DNA of 64,000 nt from Podarcis tiliguerta (taxonomy: Eukaryota), in the NCBI GenBank assembly GCA_965153285.1, contig OZ229115.1, one strand, 5' to 3'. Below are positions 15,170 to 29,993 of the stretch, one piece after another. Positions within the stretch are counted from its first letter, which is position 1. Every line of letters begins with the position of its first letter. Below the pieces are notes generated by a model. It saw only the letters and a list, made by a program, of their open reading frames with translations. It had not been told where the DNA came from and did not search any database. The translations under genes and the position numbers were made by a program.

Positions 15170-15720
15170 ATTTCTCAATTGCTTTATATTGAAAAGAATC
15201 TTAAAGTGATGTACAAAAAGAGAAAGCAAAATAATACAGTTTACTGGTAATCTGATAAAAACCTATTTCAAAATTAGCAATAACCTGTGTTGTCCTTCTA
15301 GGAAGGTCTAGTAAAATAAAAATATAGGGGCTGCTATACTAAAGCTCTGCACTATGTCACCACATAGGCGACCTCAGTGGCATGCAGCACTTCAAAAAGA
15401 ACCTACCCTCATGACCACAGTGACCATACCAATATAGAGAAAGTAAGGTAGTCCTCAGGAACCCGAACCCCAATTTATTAAGGACCTTTTAGACCAATAC
15501 TTAAATCTGACCTAGTAGCATATTGGCAGCAGTGTACTGCCCTCAGTACAGGCAATAGGTTCTTCCAGTTGGCAGCCAAGCAGTCATGTTCTGGACTAGC
15601 TTCTGGATCAAGTCTACAGGCAGCCACATTTTCGAGTGCATTACCGTAATTGAGAATAAAATGACAGTAATTGGTGGCATCCCAACCCAACATCCAGTAT
15701 AACAGCATTTTGTGTGAACT
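15170..15720 (-). mobile_element. Old L2 LINE fragment
   Basis: Minus-strand translation LLPVLRAVHC.. resembles the L2 ITPVLxxLHWLP motif; heavily decayed, boundaries approximate. Confidence 0.55.
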
Positions 15721-18387
15721 GAACTTCTAATTCATCCTTTAGGAAGACTTTCACCTGCCGTGGTCCCAAAGATTCAGCTTCATGCTTTCTGACTTCAGCA
15801 CTTCCAAGGTTAACAAAATACCTTGTAATTTTTATTAATTATTTCTTTAGACAGGAGAGTAAGGAACAGCTGTTTCAGATCAGCCACATTCACTTTCTTT
15901 TAAAAAATGACTTTCTTATAGCACTTTAGATTAAGCTGACCAGTACTTGAACTCAAGAAGATAAAAGTACAGATTCTTATAGTTTGTTATTCCTGAGAAT
16001 TGTTATCTTTTCTCCTTATCTCTCTGAAAAATTAAATAGTGCTCCAAGATTTTTGATTGAGCAATCTCAGGTTGTTGTTTTTGTCAAACTTAGTAATTAT
16101 CTTCAGGTTATTGGAATAACACTCCATTTGTATGCAGAAATGATTAACTCTGTGTACAACCTTATCTAAAATAATTCTTGGCTTTCTTGCGAACAGTAGG
16201 GCACAACTGAAGAGTAATGATTTCCCCAGTTGTTTTTATCCGTTACATTTCCAATATGTATAATACAGTGTAAGCAGTTGCTTTTAGCACCCAGTTTGTT
16301 ACCTGAACCTGATAAAACAACAACAGCATTGCTTTGGATCCAAACTATAACGCTGGATCTAAAAGCCATAAGCAGAAAAACAATATCCACTAAAGCAGTT
16401 CTGCAAATATTTAAAAGTGCATGCAGTGTTATAATAAGTAGGTTCTTCTATAGCAGTTTTCATGTGTCTACTTGGGCAGAAGATTACACAAGATATGGCA
16501 AAAGTGGAATAACATATTGAAGTTTGGACTACACAGTTACTAGAAAGTAAAACCCAATTTAGAGGAACTTAGACTGCTTTCTCCTCCCACAATCTACTTT
16601 GAGGGACTTCTGGTTGCCCAGATCAGAGTGGGAGATACTAAGGGCTGCAATAGAGAAGGGTAATCCTCAAAAAAAAATGTTCTCCTCTTCCACCAGATGA
16701 CTCTTGCAGGAGTAGCACAAGGAGAATCAATTGGATACCACCCATTGCTTATAAGCAGTAGAGCTATATTCTTTAAGTTATTATTAATCAGATGACTGAC
16801 TTCACTCTACTCAGGAGATTTCATTCACTGGATTCAGGAAGTCAAAGTGGTCTGGTATGATGCTGGCTACACCACCTCTTTAAGCACCTAACGCCACAAA
16901 AATTGGCTGAACTTATGACTTATGATTTCTTATGAGTCACTTCGGAACAGTATCATAGCCTTGCAAACTTGTGAGTAATAGCATTCCTTGAAGTCAACAA
17001 AGCCTCTCAAAGGAATTAAATGGATTTAGCATGTTTTAAGCTTCAGATCCCATGTGAAATATGCATTCTGCAGCATCCTGGAACTAAACATTTCCACTAT
17101 ACATATTCTCTACATTTAAAGAAAGAGTTTTTAATCTTCATCCAGTTACAGAATACTAAAGAATATTGTCAGTATTTTTCACAAAATCAAACCACCTGAT
17201 TCATTCACAGTTTGTTCTCATTCAGCTGTGTCATGGTGCATATTTGTACCATCATATGATATTAAATATTTTAAACAAAGCAGATAGTGTTTTCTAACAG
17301 AATGATATTAAAAAATTGAAACTCTGAGCTGTACAGCTCTTATGAGAATCAACAATGGCTAATTATTAAAAGAATAGTTGGGATTATTTCAAAATGTGAA
17401 ATGTCAGTTTTATTTTCTCCTCAATTTTCTCGTTTCTTAGTAAGAATAATGTATAATGTAAGGTTGCAGTCTTAAACCCAATATTGATTTCAGTGAGGAA
17501 TTGATTTGAAGATTGTGGCCTAAGTCCATTTGAAACCTTGGTATGGAGGCAAATCCAAGGTCCTAGTGAAGATTAACAACAGTAGAGCTATAAGAATATT
17601 GTCACTGCTGAGGTGATGCAGCTTTAGGCTTTTTATTATAATTGGTTCAGGGTTCTGCTCTTGTGCATAAGATACAAACTTCCAGGAAAATAATAGAAGG
17701 CAATGACCTTGTTTGCAAGTAATGCCAAACCAAGGAGGTTTAAGCTGCAACACATTTTAGGTTCATGCACCTCCTTCTCCTCTGGCATGGGAGTGAGGAG
17801 AAGAATGGAAACTCCCACTGCTATTTTGGAAACTCCCACTTCTATTTTAGAATAACTGCCATTTGTCTGTTGTCCAAACCTAGAAAATGGTGGTTAAAGT
17901 TAACTGTGGTTAGCTAAAACAAACCAGTTTCAAACCATAGTTTATGAAACTGTATTGTTTCAAGTTGCCATAATTAAAATCACCCCAAGTATAGGGTTTG
18001 GACAACATACTAAACTAAGGTCAACCTAAAATGAAAGCAAAAGTTTCCTTACTGCTCTTGAAGCCACAGCAAAGGAGGAGAGGGGAGCACGCAAGCCCAA
18101 GCCTTTCTGAGGCTCATATGTCCAAATTTGCCTGATGCCTTCAGTTTTCATATAAGGAAAAGGGGCTGGGGGAGTTGATAAGTTTCTCCTTTTTTTCAGT
18201 TAACAAAGAAGTGGCTTCCATAAACTCGATTGTCCATCTGCAGTTCCCTGCGCCATATCCAATGCCATTCCCAAGGGCCACCCAAATCTTGGGAGTAGAT
18301 TTTCAGGGGGGTGAAGAGGGGAGGAGAAGGGGTGAATGTTCTTCTTCATAAATGTATAGCTTCTTCCATTTATAGAAAGGACACTAG

Positions 18388-18819
<432 letters not shown>

Positions 18820-19816
18820 TAGTGCACGCTAAGAGCACACATTAAGGCCACAACAACAACAAAAAGCAAACATTAATTCCTTCTGGACAGAAGTAAGATA
18901 GATTCCCAAAACTGTTTTTTTGCTTTGTAAATGTTTTATAATATCCTATGCCTCACGAAGATACAGCACGGCTTTGAAGTGTATTTAAAAATAACAGCAA
19001 ATGAATTTAATGCATTCTTTTCTGTGTTTCTTTTTCCCTGGCTATTAATTCTTTATTATATTAATTCTCACACAGAAACATGATATAGTCAAGAAGCTTG
19101 AAATATGGTTAACCTGGGTTTTTGGGATTTTGTTTGATAATTTCTAGATTTTTGGTTATGTTTATTTTAAAAACTTTTTGACAGTATTCTTTATGTAAAA
19201 TTCTTTATCATCATCAGCACCACCATCAGCACCACCACCTCCATCATCATTATCATTGGTTTTAGTTACCTTGCAGCAGAGATCTAAGCATGATCTAAAT
19301 CATTCATACAGGTAGCAGTGACAGTGGGCTCTTCTGTTCTACAGCAGTGGCAATGCAGTAGAGTAATATTTGCTTCTAGAAGTAGCTTTGACTCATTACA
19401 CATGTTCACTATTTAATTCCAAGGATATTCTGTTGCAGAAAAGCAGAAGCTGCTTTAAACCACAAAGGAAAACTCTTCACTGAGTGAAGGCTGCAATTCT
19501 GAATGGTCCTTAGAAAACAGAATAGGACTTCTGTGTAAAGAAGTTTAAAATCTCCCTTTGCTACTCAGTAAGGGAGCAGCAACTTTAGCCTTGCCATGGA
19601 GATGCAGAATTATGAGACTGCTGTGAAACTGCACACTTCTTAGGGGCTGTGTGGACCCACAGATGGAATTCTGTTTTCACCCCATTGAGCAAAAGTAACA
19701 TTACTGCAGCACTAAAGAATCATAGAATTGTAGAGTCGGAAGGTACCACAAGGGACATCTAGTCCAAACTCGTGCAATGCAGGAATCTTTTAGCCCAACA
19801 GGGGGTTCAAACCCCT

Positions 19817-19817
19817 A

Positions 19818-19861
<44 letters not shown>

Positions 19862-19877
19862 TATTATTATTTTATTA
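19817..19877. repeat. (TTA)n microsatellite (L2 tail)
   Basis: Direct observation. Confidence 0.9.
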
Positions 19878-20056
19878 CCGTATTTACTTGAATCTAATGC
19901 TCACCTTTTTTGGGCCAAATTACGTTGCGAAAATTAAGGTGCATTAGATTCAACGGCACATTTACATACAGCAGCAAATACTTTTTTTGGTTTTGAGGTT
20001 CTGAAAATTAAGGTGTGCATTAGATTCAATGGAGCACTAGACTCAAGTAAATACAG
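19878..20056. mobile_element. Tc1/mariner-superfamily (Tc2/Tigger-like) MITE
   Basis: TA|CCGTATTTACTTGAATCTAATG ... CACTAGACTCAAGTAAATACAG|TA: imperfect 22-bp terminal inverted repeats with TA flanks. Confidence 0.85.
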
Positions 20057-20058
20057 TA

Positions 20059-20333
20059 TTTATGCCCCACCCATCTGGCTAGGTTTCCCCAGCCACTCTG
20101 GGCAGCTTACAGCCTCTATAAAAAAATGTAGCACATTAAAAACTTCCCTAAACAGGGCTGCCTTCAGATGTCTTCTAAAAGTCAGATAGTTGTTTCTTTC
20201 CTTGACATCTGATGGGAGGGCGTTCCACAGGGTGGGTGCCACTACCGAGAAGGCCGTCTGCCTGCTTCCATGTAACCTCACTTCTCACAATGAGGGAACT
20301 GCCAGAAGGCCCTCAGAGCTGAATCTCAGTATC
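20059..20333 (-). mobile_element. L2-clade LINE 3' fragment (its (TAA)n tail is at 19817-19877)
   Basis: ORF 20060..20281 AFSVVAPTLWNALPSDV..TFRRHLKAALF is the typical L2 ORF2 C-terminus. Confidence 0.85.
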
Positions 20334-23300
20334 CAACCCTGAGATTAACACTCTCATTCTCTACCAACTGAGTTATATCTTTTATATAGCTGCAATCTGG
20401 AATCAGCATAAGAAACTATGTGTCATTCAGGTCCAACAGTTGAGTTGTTAGCTGAGCAAAGAAATGATAAACCACAGCCTCTTCATTGAAGCCTAATGTT
20501 CTTTGCAGTGTAACACATTAGCTCTCAAATGTGTCTAGGTCCATATGAGTAAATAAAGAATTCCCGCATGTTGGCTTTATTTTTATTTTCCTCTCCAAGT
20601 GGGTGTATACTGTTATTCATATACTAACAACAGGAAGATTTAAAAAGCACTATTTAAACTGAGATAAGCACCTACTTTGGCAGCCAGGAAGATGATGGCC
20701 ATGTCTTCCTAGGGCTATCTAGTAAATGTTTATCTAGCTGAAGGATTTTTTCATACTGGGCTAATGTGGGTGAATCCTGGGTACATAATAATCTGCTTGA
20801 AATATTATTGTGCCTGCCTGTGGTGAAACATTTGTGTGAAGCATCCACTTGCAAAACCATCAGAATATATCTTTTCTTCATGCATAACTTGGGTTTTCTT
20901 GATACAAGAGTTTTATTTCGCTCTGTTTTATGCATAGGCCTGGAGAAGTGGGTTTTCACATGTGGATATGTAAAATAGACCCAATTTACAAAATACCAAA
21001 TAGCACAGTTTTGTGACCTGCATAAATTCAGCCTGTTTTCACATTGTCCATAATTTATTTCAGCTTCTGCTAGTCGTTTAGGCACGAAGCTATGCAAGAC
21101 CTGAAATCCCACTCTTTGTAGTCCTTATTAGTTCCCTTTTAGCTTCTTGAATTTCACCATGCAAATTTCCAGACGTGTCTTCATTGCCGTTATGAGCAAG
21201 AAACTCAAGTTTTAAATAAATAAATAAATGATTCCCAGGATGCTGAATTCTATAGTCCAGACCAATTTCCATAGTTGAACAGCTGTAGAGTCTGATGCAA
21301 GGATACAGGCTGCTCCACATTTACCTCCTGAGAATCTTCCTTCGAGCTGCAGGTGGGAATTTCCCAAAATCACAAACCAGTAATAAATTAACATTGGACA
21401 AAGTAGATGTATCATGCAGAAGAGGAAAATTAAAATCAGGTGAGCGGATAGAATCTGCCACCAAAGCCAGCAGATCTGTTTACCAGACACTTGCCGTTTG
21501 TCTCTTAAAAGAATATGGTCTCCTTCCACAACTGTAAAATGTTGCTAATCTTTCATTTCCTTTATGCAGGGGCCTTGGTACTTAAAGCACGTTCCTGGCA
21601 CAAGCCCATTTTCTTATGTTTGCAGCATGCTTTATGGTAGAAGGTGTTGATCTAGTGCAAAATTGTGGTCTTTCAGATGTGTCCTGTCAAGTTCTGTTGT
21701 TTGCATCTTAGTAAAAATAAATGTTTGAAGGGAGTTAAATGTTAGCACCAGTCATATCAGAATAGTGTAGCTATTCATATCATACATACCTTCCTTCTTG
21801 TGAGGAAGAAGCTGCACGCTGTATTAGATTACTGCTGCCTGGAATTCTGCTTTGCTAGCATTTATCCTTGTTGACTCTCCAGTTCTTTGACAGTAATCAT
21901 TCTCCCAGAAAAGTAAGGAATTTGAAGACTACCCTTCACACCACAGAAAATTAAAAGTAATTCATACTGAAGAAGTTGCTTGTGACTTGCACCTTTCTAT
22001 ATACCGAGTTCAGACTTCAAGTTTGATATTGCAGACTCTGATAGGTAATAACTCTAGAAGGCCCGAGGCAAAGATCCTTCCTAGTTCTGCTACGTGGGAT
22101 AATTCAGCTAGGAATGCCATCCGTTGCACTTGATATTATATGCATAAAACAGATGCTGTTCCACTGAGCTATGGCTTCCCCCGTTGCATAGCAAAAGGAA
22201 AGATGGGTCATATACTCCTAATAAAAGCAGAAAAAACAGGTATCGATCATCTCACACAGCTTAGAAGGCAAAATATACTTAACCTTCAAAGACTTAGTGC
22301 AGATCAGTATTGTTGACTTCATTGACTTGTGAGGTCGGTAATTACCTGAAGTCTGAAGTCAGTAATTCCTTTGTTACCTGAATGGTGTAGGAGACACTAT
22401 GGCGATGGGAAGGTTTGGAAATGGTAAAGCCTGTAAATTACATTTCCTTTTTGTCTTGTTTCTTTTTATTCCTGTTTTTCTAATAATCATGCCTTTTGAA
22501 GCATGATCCTGAGGGTGAAGAAAGTTTGTGACTTTGATCTCCAAGTGTAATGTTAAAAATATATTCATTTCAGAAGCTTTGTTCAGATGGGCCAAAATGA
22601 ATTGCTGCTGTGTGAATGGTCTGAGACCATTTGCTCTACATTTACTTTTTCTTAAGAAAGAGCCTAATACGATAGACCATGTTTACAGTATGACTGCTAG
22701 ACACATTCAGAAATAGAAAAAGAGTTTCTAAAAAGAAATAATTAAGATTTGACTTCAAAATTTGCTATAAACTTACTGTTATAAATACAATAAATATTTG
22801 GAAACTTATATAAAAATGTGACTTACAGCACCTGTGGTCAGAAGACAATAAAGCCCCTTCTAAACATTGACTCCTGAAGAGCATTTGAGCACTGCAAATA
22901 AGATTTTGCCCTGTTCTCAACCAGCTCTTCGATTCCATTGCAAGGGGATGCTTTGCAGTTGATTGAGGTGGGATAATGTACCTTTATAGAACAGTATAGA
23001 ATATACCATAGTACAGCATTCTGCTGGTAGATCATAGTGCCTTCCGTTCTACCATGTCCCATTGTTTTTTTCTGATGCTGTGCAGATTCACAGTCCTCCT
23101 GACCTTGGGACGGGAAGTCTACTCTGGTTGGCAGTGGTTCTCTGATTTTAAGCAGAACTTTCACATTGCATGTGAAATACTTAAGGAGGCTAGATTGATA
23201 CTGTACACACAACATACTTTGTCCATTATCAGACATCATGTGTGTCTAATTCTTGTGCTAATGCTTTTTTTAAAAAAAAAAATTGTAGTTCCATTGAAAT

Positions 23301-23963
23301 TTATTGTTTAATGGGACATGAACAGTTGGCCATCTGTCCAATAGTACTCTGATGAAAAGCTCACACAAAATCATGGCAGTTCTCCAACGACTGTATATTG
23401 GCTGCTTAATCACACTGCATCTTTGGATGACTTAACTAACCTTCTGTAAGGCTTACAGCACAATCCTTGGTGTGTTTACTCAGACGTAAGTGCCGTTATG
23501 CACAATGGGGCTTTCTCTCAGGTGAGAACACATAGGATTGCACCCTGTGCCTGTTACTTTGAAAGCTATGGGCACCATCTTGTTAATATCAAGAATTATA
23601 TTAGTAGAAAGTGATGTAACTAAGGGCATGGTCTCCATAGAATGAATGGTTTCCCTTCTTTTAAATTGTTTGTTTTCCATAATTATTTCACTAAAGTTTG
23701 TGTGTCTCACTCCAGATATTTTTTTTACCATGCCATTTTGTGTTGATAAGAAATACTGTTTCTTATTGCCCAATTATGTCCATATTTATATTGCCATCAT
23801 TCAAAACCCAGTTTCCCCAAGTCAGATTCTTGACCCCTCCAACGTGAGCTCATTTCTGTGTCCAGCATTTGTTTAGGTGGCTCCAAGACCGGTGTTGTTT
23901 TTGGTGTTGTCTGTCTGTGATCTAGTGCTGCTTCCTGAACGCATGTGTCCCTTCCCTTCACAG

Positions 23964-24055
23964 CCTACTCGACACCCAGCACCTCCCCTGCAAACCGATT
24001 CGTCACTGTTGGACCACGGGATCCAAGCTTTGTAAATATCCCTCAACAGACACAG
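23964..24055 (+). CDS. NFIA: NFIA penultimate coding exon (92 nt; exon 10), likely a cassette exon
   Basis: Acceptor ..cccttcacAG|CC TAC. With the A from the previous exon it gives TYSTPSTSPANRFVTVGPRDPSFVNIPQQTQ. Donor CAG|GTGGGA. Length is not a multiple of 3. Confidence 0.96.
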
Positions 24056-26715
24056 GTGGGAAGCTTTCGACTTCTGCTTTGTTTGCTGTGCTGCTTGTTA
24101 ACTCTTTGGTGCACTTTGGTGTTGCTACGGAAAGTGACGTGTGTCTCTCCACCAGTCAGTTCATCTTCATGGTCTGAGTAACAGTGAAATGTCATTGCCA
24201 GTATTTGTTTGTATGTTTTGTTTTCCAAAAAAATCTTGTGGTAACAATGCTACTTTCAAATTCAATCTTATAAACTTTAATTCTGTCTTTCTGACACTCA
24301 CAATTTTCTTTCTGACACACAGAATTTTTTTTTTTCTGCAGCCCACTTTTTCAGGGTCTTTTATGGCAAGCCAAGACATTGGTCACTTATGGTCACTTCC
24401 ACAAGGGAAATAAAAATGTATAGAATGTCCCGTTCTCTACACTTACATCACATGCCATTATACATGTTCAAACACTAATCTTTCCCCTCTTTCTAAGCTA
24501 TACCATGCCCACAGTTTTCTTATGCAAGAGGGACTTTGTATCTTCAAGAGAAGAACCCCAGGGCCATTTTTTCTCTTTGATAAACATGACAGTCAGCAGC
24601 TGAATTTATTAGATCATTCAAATTAATAGCCATATTTTAAAAGCAGCTGCTTCATGCATCATAGGCTGTGTTAACCCAAATTTACAGATTATTTCTTAAA
24701 ATTGTTTTTAAAGCCCTTAAACTGAGACATATATGGTTGTATCCAAAGTGGTGCCAATGGAGTGCCACTGTTACAGCCCTACTTCAGTTTTGTCTCCTTC
24801 TGCTCTGGAGCTGGTTTTGAGGACATGTTTGGGGCTGCCAAGGAGAAGAGGTGAAAGTTCTCTTCTGCTAGTTCAAACCTCTTGCTCCAGTGGAATAGGA
24901 GTGATGGATAGTGTCCAAAACAACATTATTAACAACATTTCTAAAAACTAGCCTAAGGCTAGCTATAGGCATACGTACTTTGGAAATATGTCCAGATAAT
25001 TGAAACATACTTCTGATTAAATATACTTAAATGTACTTGGGAGTTTGAACTTGCCAGTTAGGCCAGGTGATACTCAGAGCAGTTTCTAAAGGCTTTATTA
25101 CATATGGAAGTGATGTTGCCTTTGACAGTCCTGACCCAGTGGATCAAGAATTCATTAGAGGAAACAGAGCACAGAATCTAGGTTGAGATGGAAGATAATG
25201 GTTTTGCGTTCTGGTGCTTTCGCCAAGATTCATGATTTCTCGACTGCACAGAAAACCCATAAATTATCAGACCAAGCATCTTTGTTGCAGCTGCTGTGGC
25301 ACTTGCACAGCAATAAAAATTCCACAAGCAGTTCCTTATACACACACATCCCTCCCAAAGAGTCATTTCTGGTATTTTCGAATTTCACCCAAAGAAGAGG
25401 AAGGTTTGGCTACTTCATCAAATTAGAGAAGCCCCGTTATAAAATACCTACATACTCTCGTGTGTGTATGTGTGTGTTTTACAGGAGATAACTTGACCCA
25501 AGATTCCCTGGATATTTTTACGCAACTGGTTTGCTATACTGATATTCAGTATATGTATTTAGGGAGTAAAAAGTTTCACAAAAACCTCAGTGCTGCTCAG
25601 TGTAACATATTGATGCATACGGAGTATATTCAGAACTTTAACAAAGGAACTGAGGAAAGAATTTTGGAATACATCTGATTTCTACAGGTGGGAGAAAAAT
25701 TATTTATGAGACTGGGATCATAGGAGTGGCTAACAGAACACAAAGTTACCTCAAAGATATTGTGGAGGTCAAAGAAATGTCTTTAAAGATTTTGTTTCCA
25801 GTGTCAAGTGGAACATAAAAGTGAAAAACCACCAAGAGCATCAAGAATTCAGCCAACACTAGTTTGACCCCAGTGAAGTTGGAATAACCCTGCCCTACGA
25901 AGACATTTTTTATAGCTGAATCAGAAGCTTGACCATTTTTTAAAGACTAATCTTAGACAAGGACACTGAATGTGCTTTTTCTGGGCCATTTCAAATTCCC
26001 AATTGTCAATTACGAAAATAGTTGTTGGCAGTTTTGTTAGCGACTAATTTGAGCCAGATGTTGAAAAATATTAAGGCTGTACTTAATATCCCATAATCAT
26101 GAGGAAGGGAAGAATTAACAAGAGGAATTTGTGTTTAGGACAACCATAGCTTTTATTTAGAATGTTGTAATGGTTACCGTACAATGTTTTAAAGGTCAAG
26201 AGCAAGAAGCATTTGGTTTCATTTGACAATTGAAATTTCAAATATAATCATTTAGCATGAAGACCTATGACAAACAGCAATTCTGTTCTTCCTCCATAAA
26301 ACTGAAACATACAACATGGACCAAATAGCACCTACTACAATGTTTTTATTCTGTTGCCATTTTCACACATGGAATACAGCCTGTGTCCAATGGTCTTAAA
26401 TACCATTTTCTGGTAAGATGACAGTTCAACTGTTGCTTAGCTTAGTGTGGAAAGTAGTTTGTGGGAAGCAGCTTACCACTGAGTTGTGCCGATATTCACC
26501 ATTTCACTGCAAAACACCCCCTCCCTTTCCCGGTTTGCAGGTCTGGTGACAATTACCAAAGCCACAATAGCAAATTGTGACATGTAGCAACATACTTGTA
26601 TGAAGAGTAGCCTGCAGAAACTAACCTTAATTGTGGCCCTTGCAACAAATTCACCACCATAAGCTTACTGCACTCTGAGCCTACCGCATCTCATGTTACA
26701 AACTATAGCTATTAG

Positions 26716-27136
26716 AGCAGTGGTGGCTAATCTGAGTCTTCCATATGTTGTTGGACTTCATCTCCCATCAGCCTCAGCCAACAGAGGTGATGCAATACTT
26801 CAATGTGATAGCACTCTACTTTGGGGGGGCTCCCTTCCCAATGCTAGGCTGGCCCCTTTGCTGTGTTGGTTTTGGCACCTGCTAGAAACCTTTTTGTTTC
26901 CACAAGCTGCCCCAAGCATGTAATTTTATTAAATACAATGGATTTAGGATTACTGATTTTAATTCATTTTTAAAAAATGTATAAATATATATGTATATGT
27001 GTGTGTGTGTATATATATATATATATAGACTTTGTTTTTATTTGAGTAAGCAGTATACAGACTTCGTTAAATAAAATAGAAAAAGGGCCTGCAGCAGTTC
27101 AACAATGTCTAGAGGGCCCCAGGTTTGCCACCCCTC
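26716..27136. mobile_element. hAT-like MITE interrupted by an L2 3' fragment and (TA)/(TG) repeats
   Basis: Left cagtggtggctaatctg..gttggacttcatctcccatcagcc; right caacaatgtctagagggccccaggtttgccacccct; an L2-like gctagaaacctttttgtttc segment lies between them. Confidence 0.55.
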
Positions 27137-29993
27137 CATTGGGGTATAACTTGCTGGTGTGGAAGGTGTCATAACAGGACTGCTCTCATGGATGAGTGGA
27201 CCTTATCGTTTCCCCAGCTTAAGGTGAGCTGATACAAGAGGTTAAAGATGGTCCGTTTGAGAAGTGGCTTTTCACAAGCAAGCAAACAGTAGCTGCAGTT
27301 CATCACACAGAAAACTGCAAGTTGTATCATGTTCACAAAGCATGTGAACTTACCCTCAGTAATGAAATCGATATATTCCAGGACTCAGACTGTGAGAGCA
27401 CTGTCTGCTTTCTTGCTGACTTCTCCATTTGCACTGTTTGGTAAGGGCCCTCCTTTATAGCTACATGGATAGAAGTGGTTAAACTGTGTTGGATTTCAAG
27501 CCTTCTCCGCATTGAACAAGGTCACAGAAAGTACACCAGCAACTCGGAGAATATTTTAACTCTTCAGGGTCTGTTTTTATTGGTTAGGCAGTAGAAAGCC
27601 GCTTGGCTGTCTGCTTTTCCACCGCTCAGCCTCCCTTCAAGTACCTCCTATTTAACAGATGTATAAGAAAAGTTTTCACATGCTTTTACATTTAAATTGT
27701 AATGTTTATTTTGTGGCCTCATAACTTTAAGCAGAGAGGTATTTTAAAGCAAGCTGTTTGAACCTACAGTCCTGTGCTCAGTTATTCAATACTTCAGCAG
27801 CCCTGTGCGCACTTACTTTGAAATAAGCCCCATTGAATTTGATTCTGTTTAAACAGACGTAAGTCCCTTTGATTGTATGGGGCTTCCAGATCAGATTGCT
27901 TAGGATGCTATAATTTTCATATTTGTTCTTACTGTTTAGGGGTAGACAAGACAAACCGTATTTCCATTGGTCCGATTTTAACAACTCATTGTAAATTTGC
28001 CTTCAAAGAGCAAGACACTAAGTGTTTGAGCACTAATGGCTGCAATTGTAAACAAACTGACCCAGAATTAACAAAATTATGAACATGATAGTAATCAATA
28101 GTGCATATTTCTATTGACTAGATAACATTGGTATAATTAATTGTTTTGGTTGAGATTTAAATAATTTAATTCTGAAATTTGGGGTAAAACGAAAACCTGC
28201 AAGCAGTTTATCTTGAGTTTTAAGTTATACCAGATATTTCCTTTTAGTGCAACATCTAAATTCAAAATGGAGATGTTCTCTTTCTTCCAAACCTTGCAAA
28301 TAATTGAGGGGCTAGGGTTGCTGCAGATTTCAATTAAGGGATGTGTGAGAGAAAGTGTATGTGTGAGAAGAGAGGAGGGGAGAGAGAGAGAGAGAGCTGT
28401 CTTATTTGTAAAGGAAATACTATCCCATGTAGATAGTCATCCACTGAAAATATTCAGTCCACTTTCCCCTGACATCTAATACCAGGAATGTACCACATGC
28501 AACCCAAGTGATATTGAAAGTGTTGCAACTCCTTTATAGAAAGTCAAGCGGAAATGGCAGACTCTCCAGTTACTGAGTCCTAAACTACAGACTCTACCTT
28601 GACTGCCCCCCTCCCACAACATGTTCATATGGAATAGTGATTTATGTGGTCCTTCTCCACCAGGCCATCAGGAACAGCTGCATGGACAGTCAACAAGACA
28701 CTGAAAACTCCCCACGTTTTCTATCGCTTGCTTCCTTGGTTTCTATCTCACCATGAGATTAGGAACATACGATGCATCGCATGGCCCTACTCTCACTTAC
28801 TATCCTTTTTAAATTCCAGCACAAGAATAAGTACTTCTGGAGCCGATGTTTCTGTCTAGCTTGGTCTGTGAGGGCTTAGACATTTTTCTCACCTTGGGGA
28901 AGCTACTAAAGGAAGTTTGATACCACTGTGGAGTTTGCAGCCAACTCTTTGGAAATAGGAGGAATATGAACTTAGTCTATATATAGAAGGCGCAGGGAAG
29001 ATATATGCCACAAATATCTTTGAAAATAATAACACTTGGGATTAATTTTATGGGCAAGTGCCCCTTCTTTCAGAGCACCACTCATCACCTTTTTTCTTGA
29101 TTGGAGCCAGCTTAATTGTCGACAGTTAAACTATTCAAGTTTTCTTTATTATTGCCCCATTCACCTTCCCACTCTGTTTGGTTGGTAATATGCCTATAAA
29201 ATATTTATAAAAATATATGTTAGAGTAAGGCACTTGATTCTGAAACTGGATTCTGTTAGCCTCCTATATAATTAAACTCACAGAGTCTTCCCTCCACCTC
29301 AAAGCATGGGCATAGCCAAGGGGGAGCACCCCCCTGATCAAGTAAAACAATAGAATTACTTAACTGACCAATCACATTGGTTCTTATCCCCCCCCCAAAC
29401 AAAGATGCTGCCCCCCCAAACAAAAATCCAGATAGATCTTGGTTATAAAGTCTACAATGTGCTTGGAAAGGGTCTCCAGGTAGGGCTCAGAAACACCCCT
29501 ATATGAAAGCCTTGAGTGTCACAGCCAGTCCCTACTGGGCAAGACAAACCAATGGTCAAATAGCCGTGCCATAGTTAAATTGCCAAAGGACACAGAATTT
29601 GCCATTGGTTCATAGAGATTCAGAGACACAGACCAAATCCCAAAAATGATGGTTCAGGATATGAATGATGATCAGGGTTGGGGGTTTTAGGGGGTTGCCC
29701 TAAAAAGAGAAAAAGAGGTGGGGGAATTTGCTGAGCACCCACCCAAAGTTGAGCTTTGGGGGGGGCAGCCAAAGTTGTTGAGCACCCACCTTCTGCCGAC
29801 CTCCACTTCCACAGCCACAACCACTGCACCAACACAATCATTGCTCCGCACAGCCACAACCTCAAAAGCTGTCAGAACGCATCAAAGAGGTGCCAGAACT
29901 CAGTTCTGGTGAGTTCTGGCTAAAAAAAGTCCTGAGGATGATGAATCATTTAAAGGAAGGAGACCCTACCAGGGATAAATGTGGAATAACATT

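Larger units (their letters stand above)
19716..20375 (-). mobile_element. tRNA-Lys-derived SINE with a CR1-type tail, split by nested insertions (pieces 19716-19815 and 20334-20375)
   Basis: gcccaacagggggttcaaaccc + aaccctgagattaacactctcattctctaccaactgag is the reverse complement of a degenerate tRNA-Lys(CTT). The tail agaatcatagaat is the reverse of the CR1 (ATTCTATG)-type terminal repeat. Confidence 0.78.

Noticed and set aside
19793-20375. tRNA-Lys gene
   Set aside because: Degenerate, interrupted by insertions and joined to a CR1-type tail, so it is a SINE head.
24056-24181. Read-through of the 92-nt exon into a hydrophobic, membrane-anchor-like tail (LLLCLLCCLLTLWCTLVLL)
   Set aside because: Explained by the UG/U-rich intronic sequence; no evidence for intron retention or a terminal exon here.
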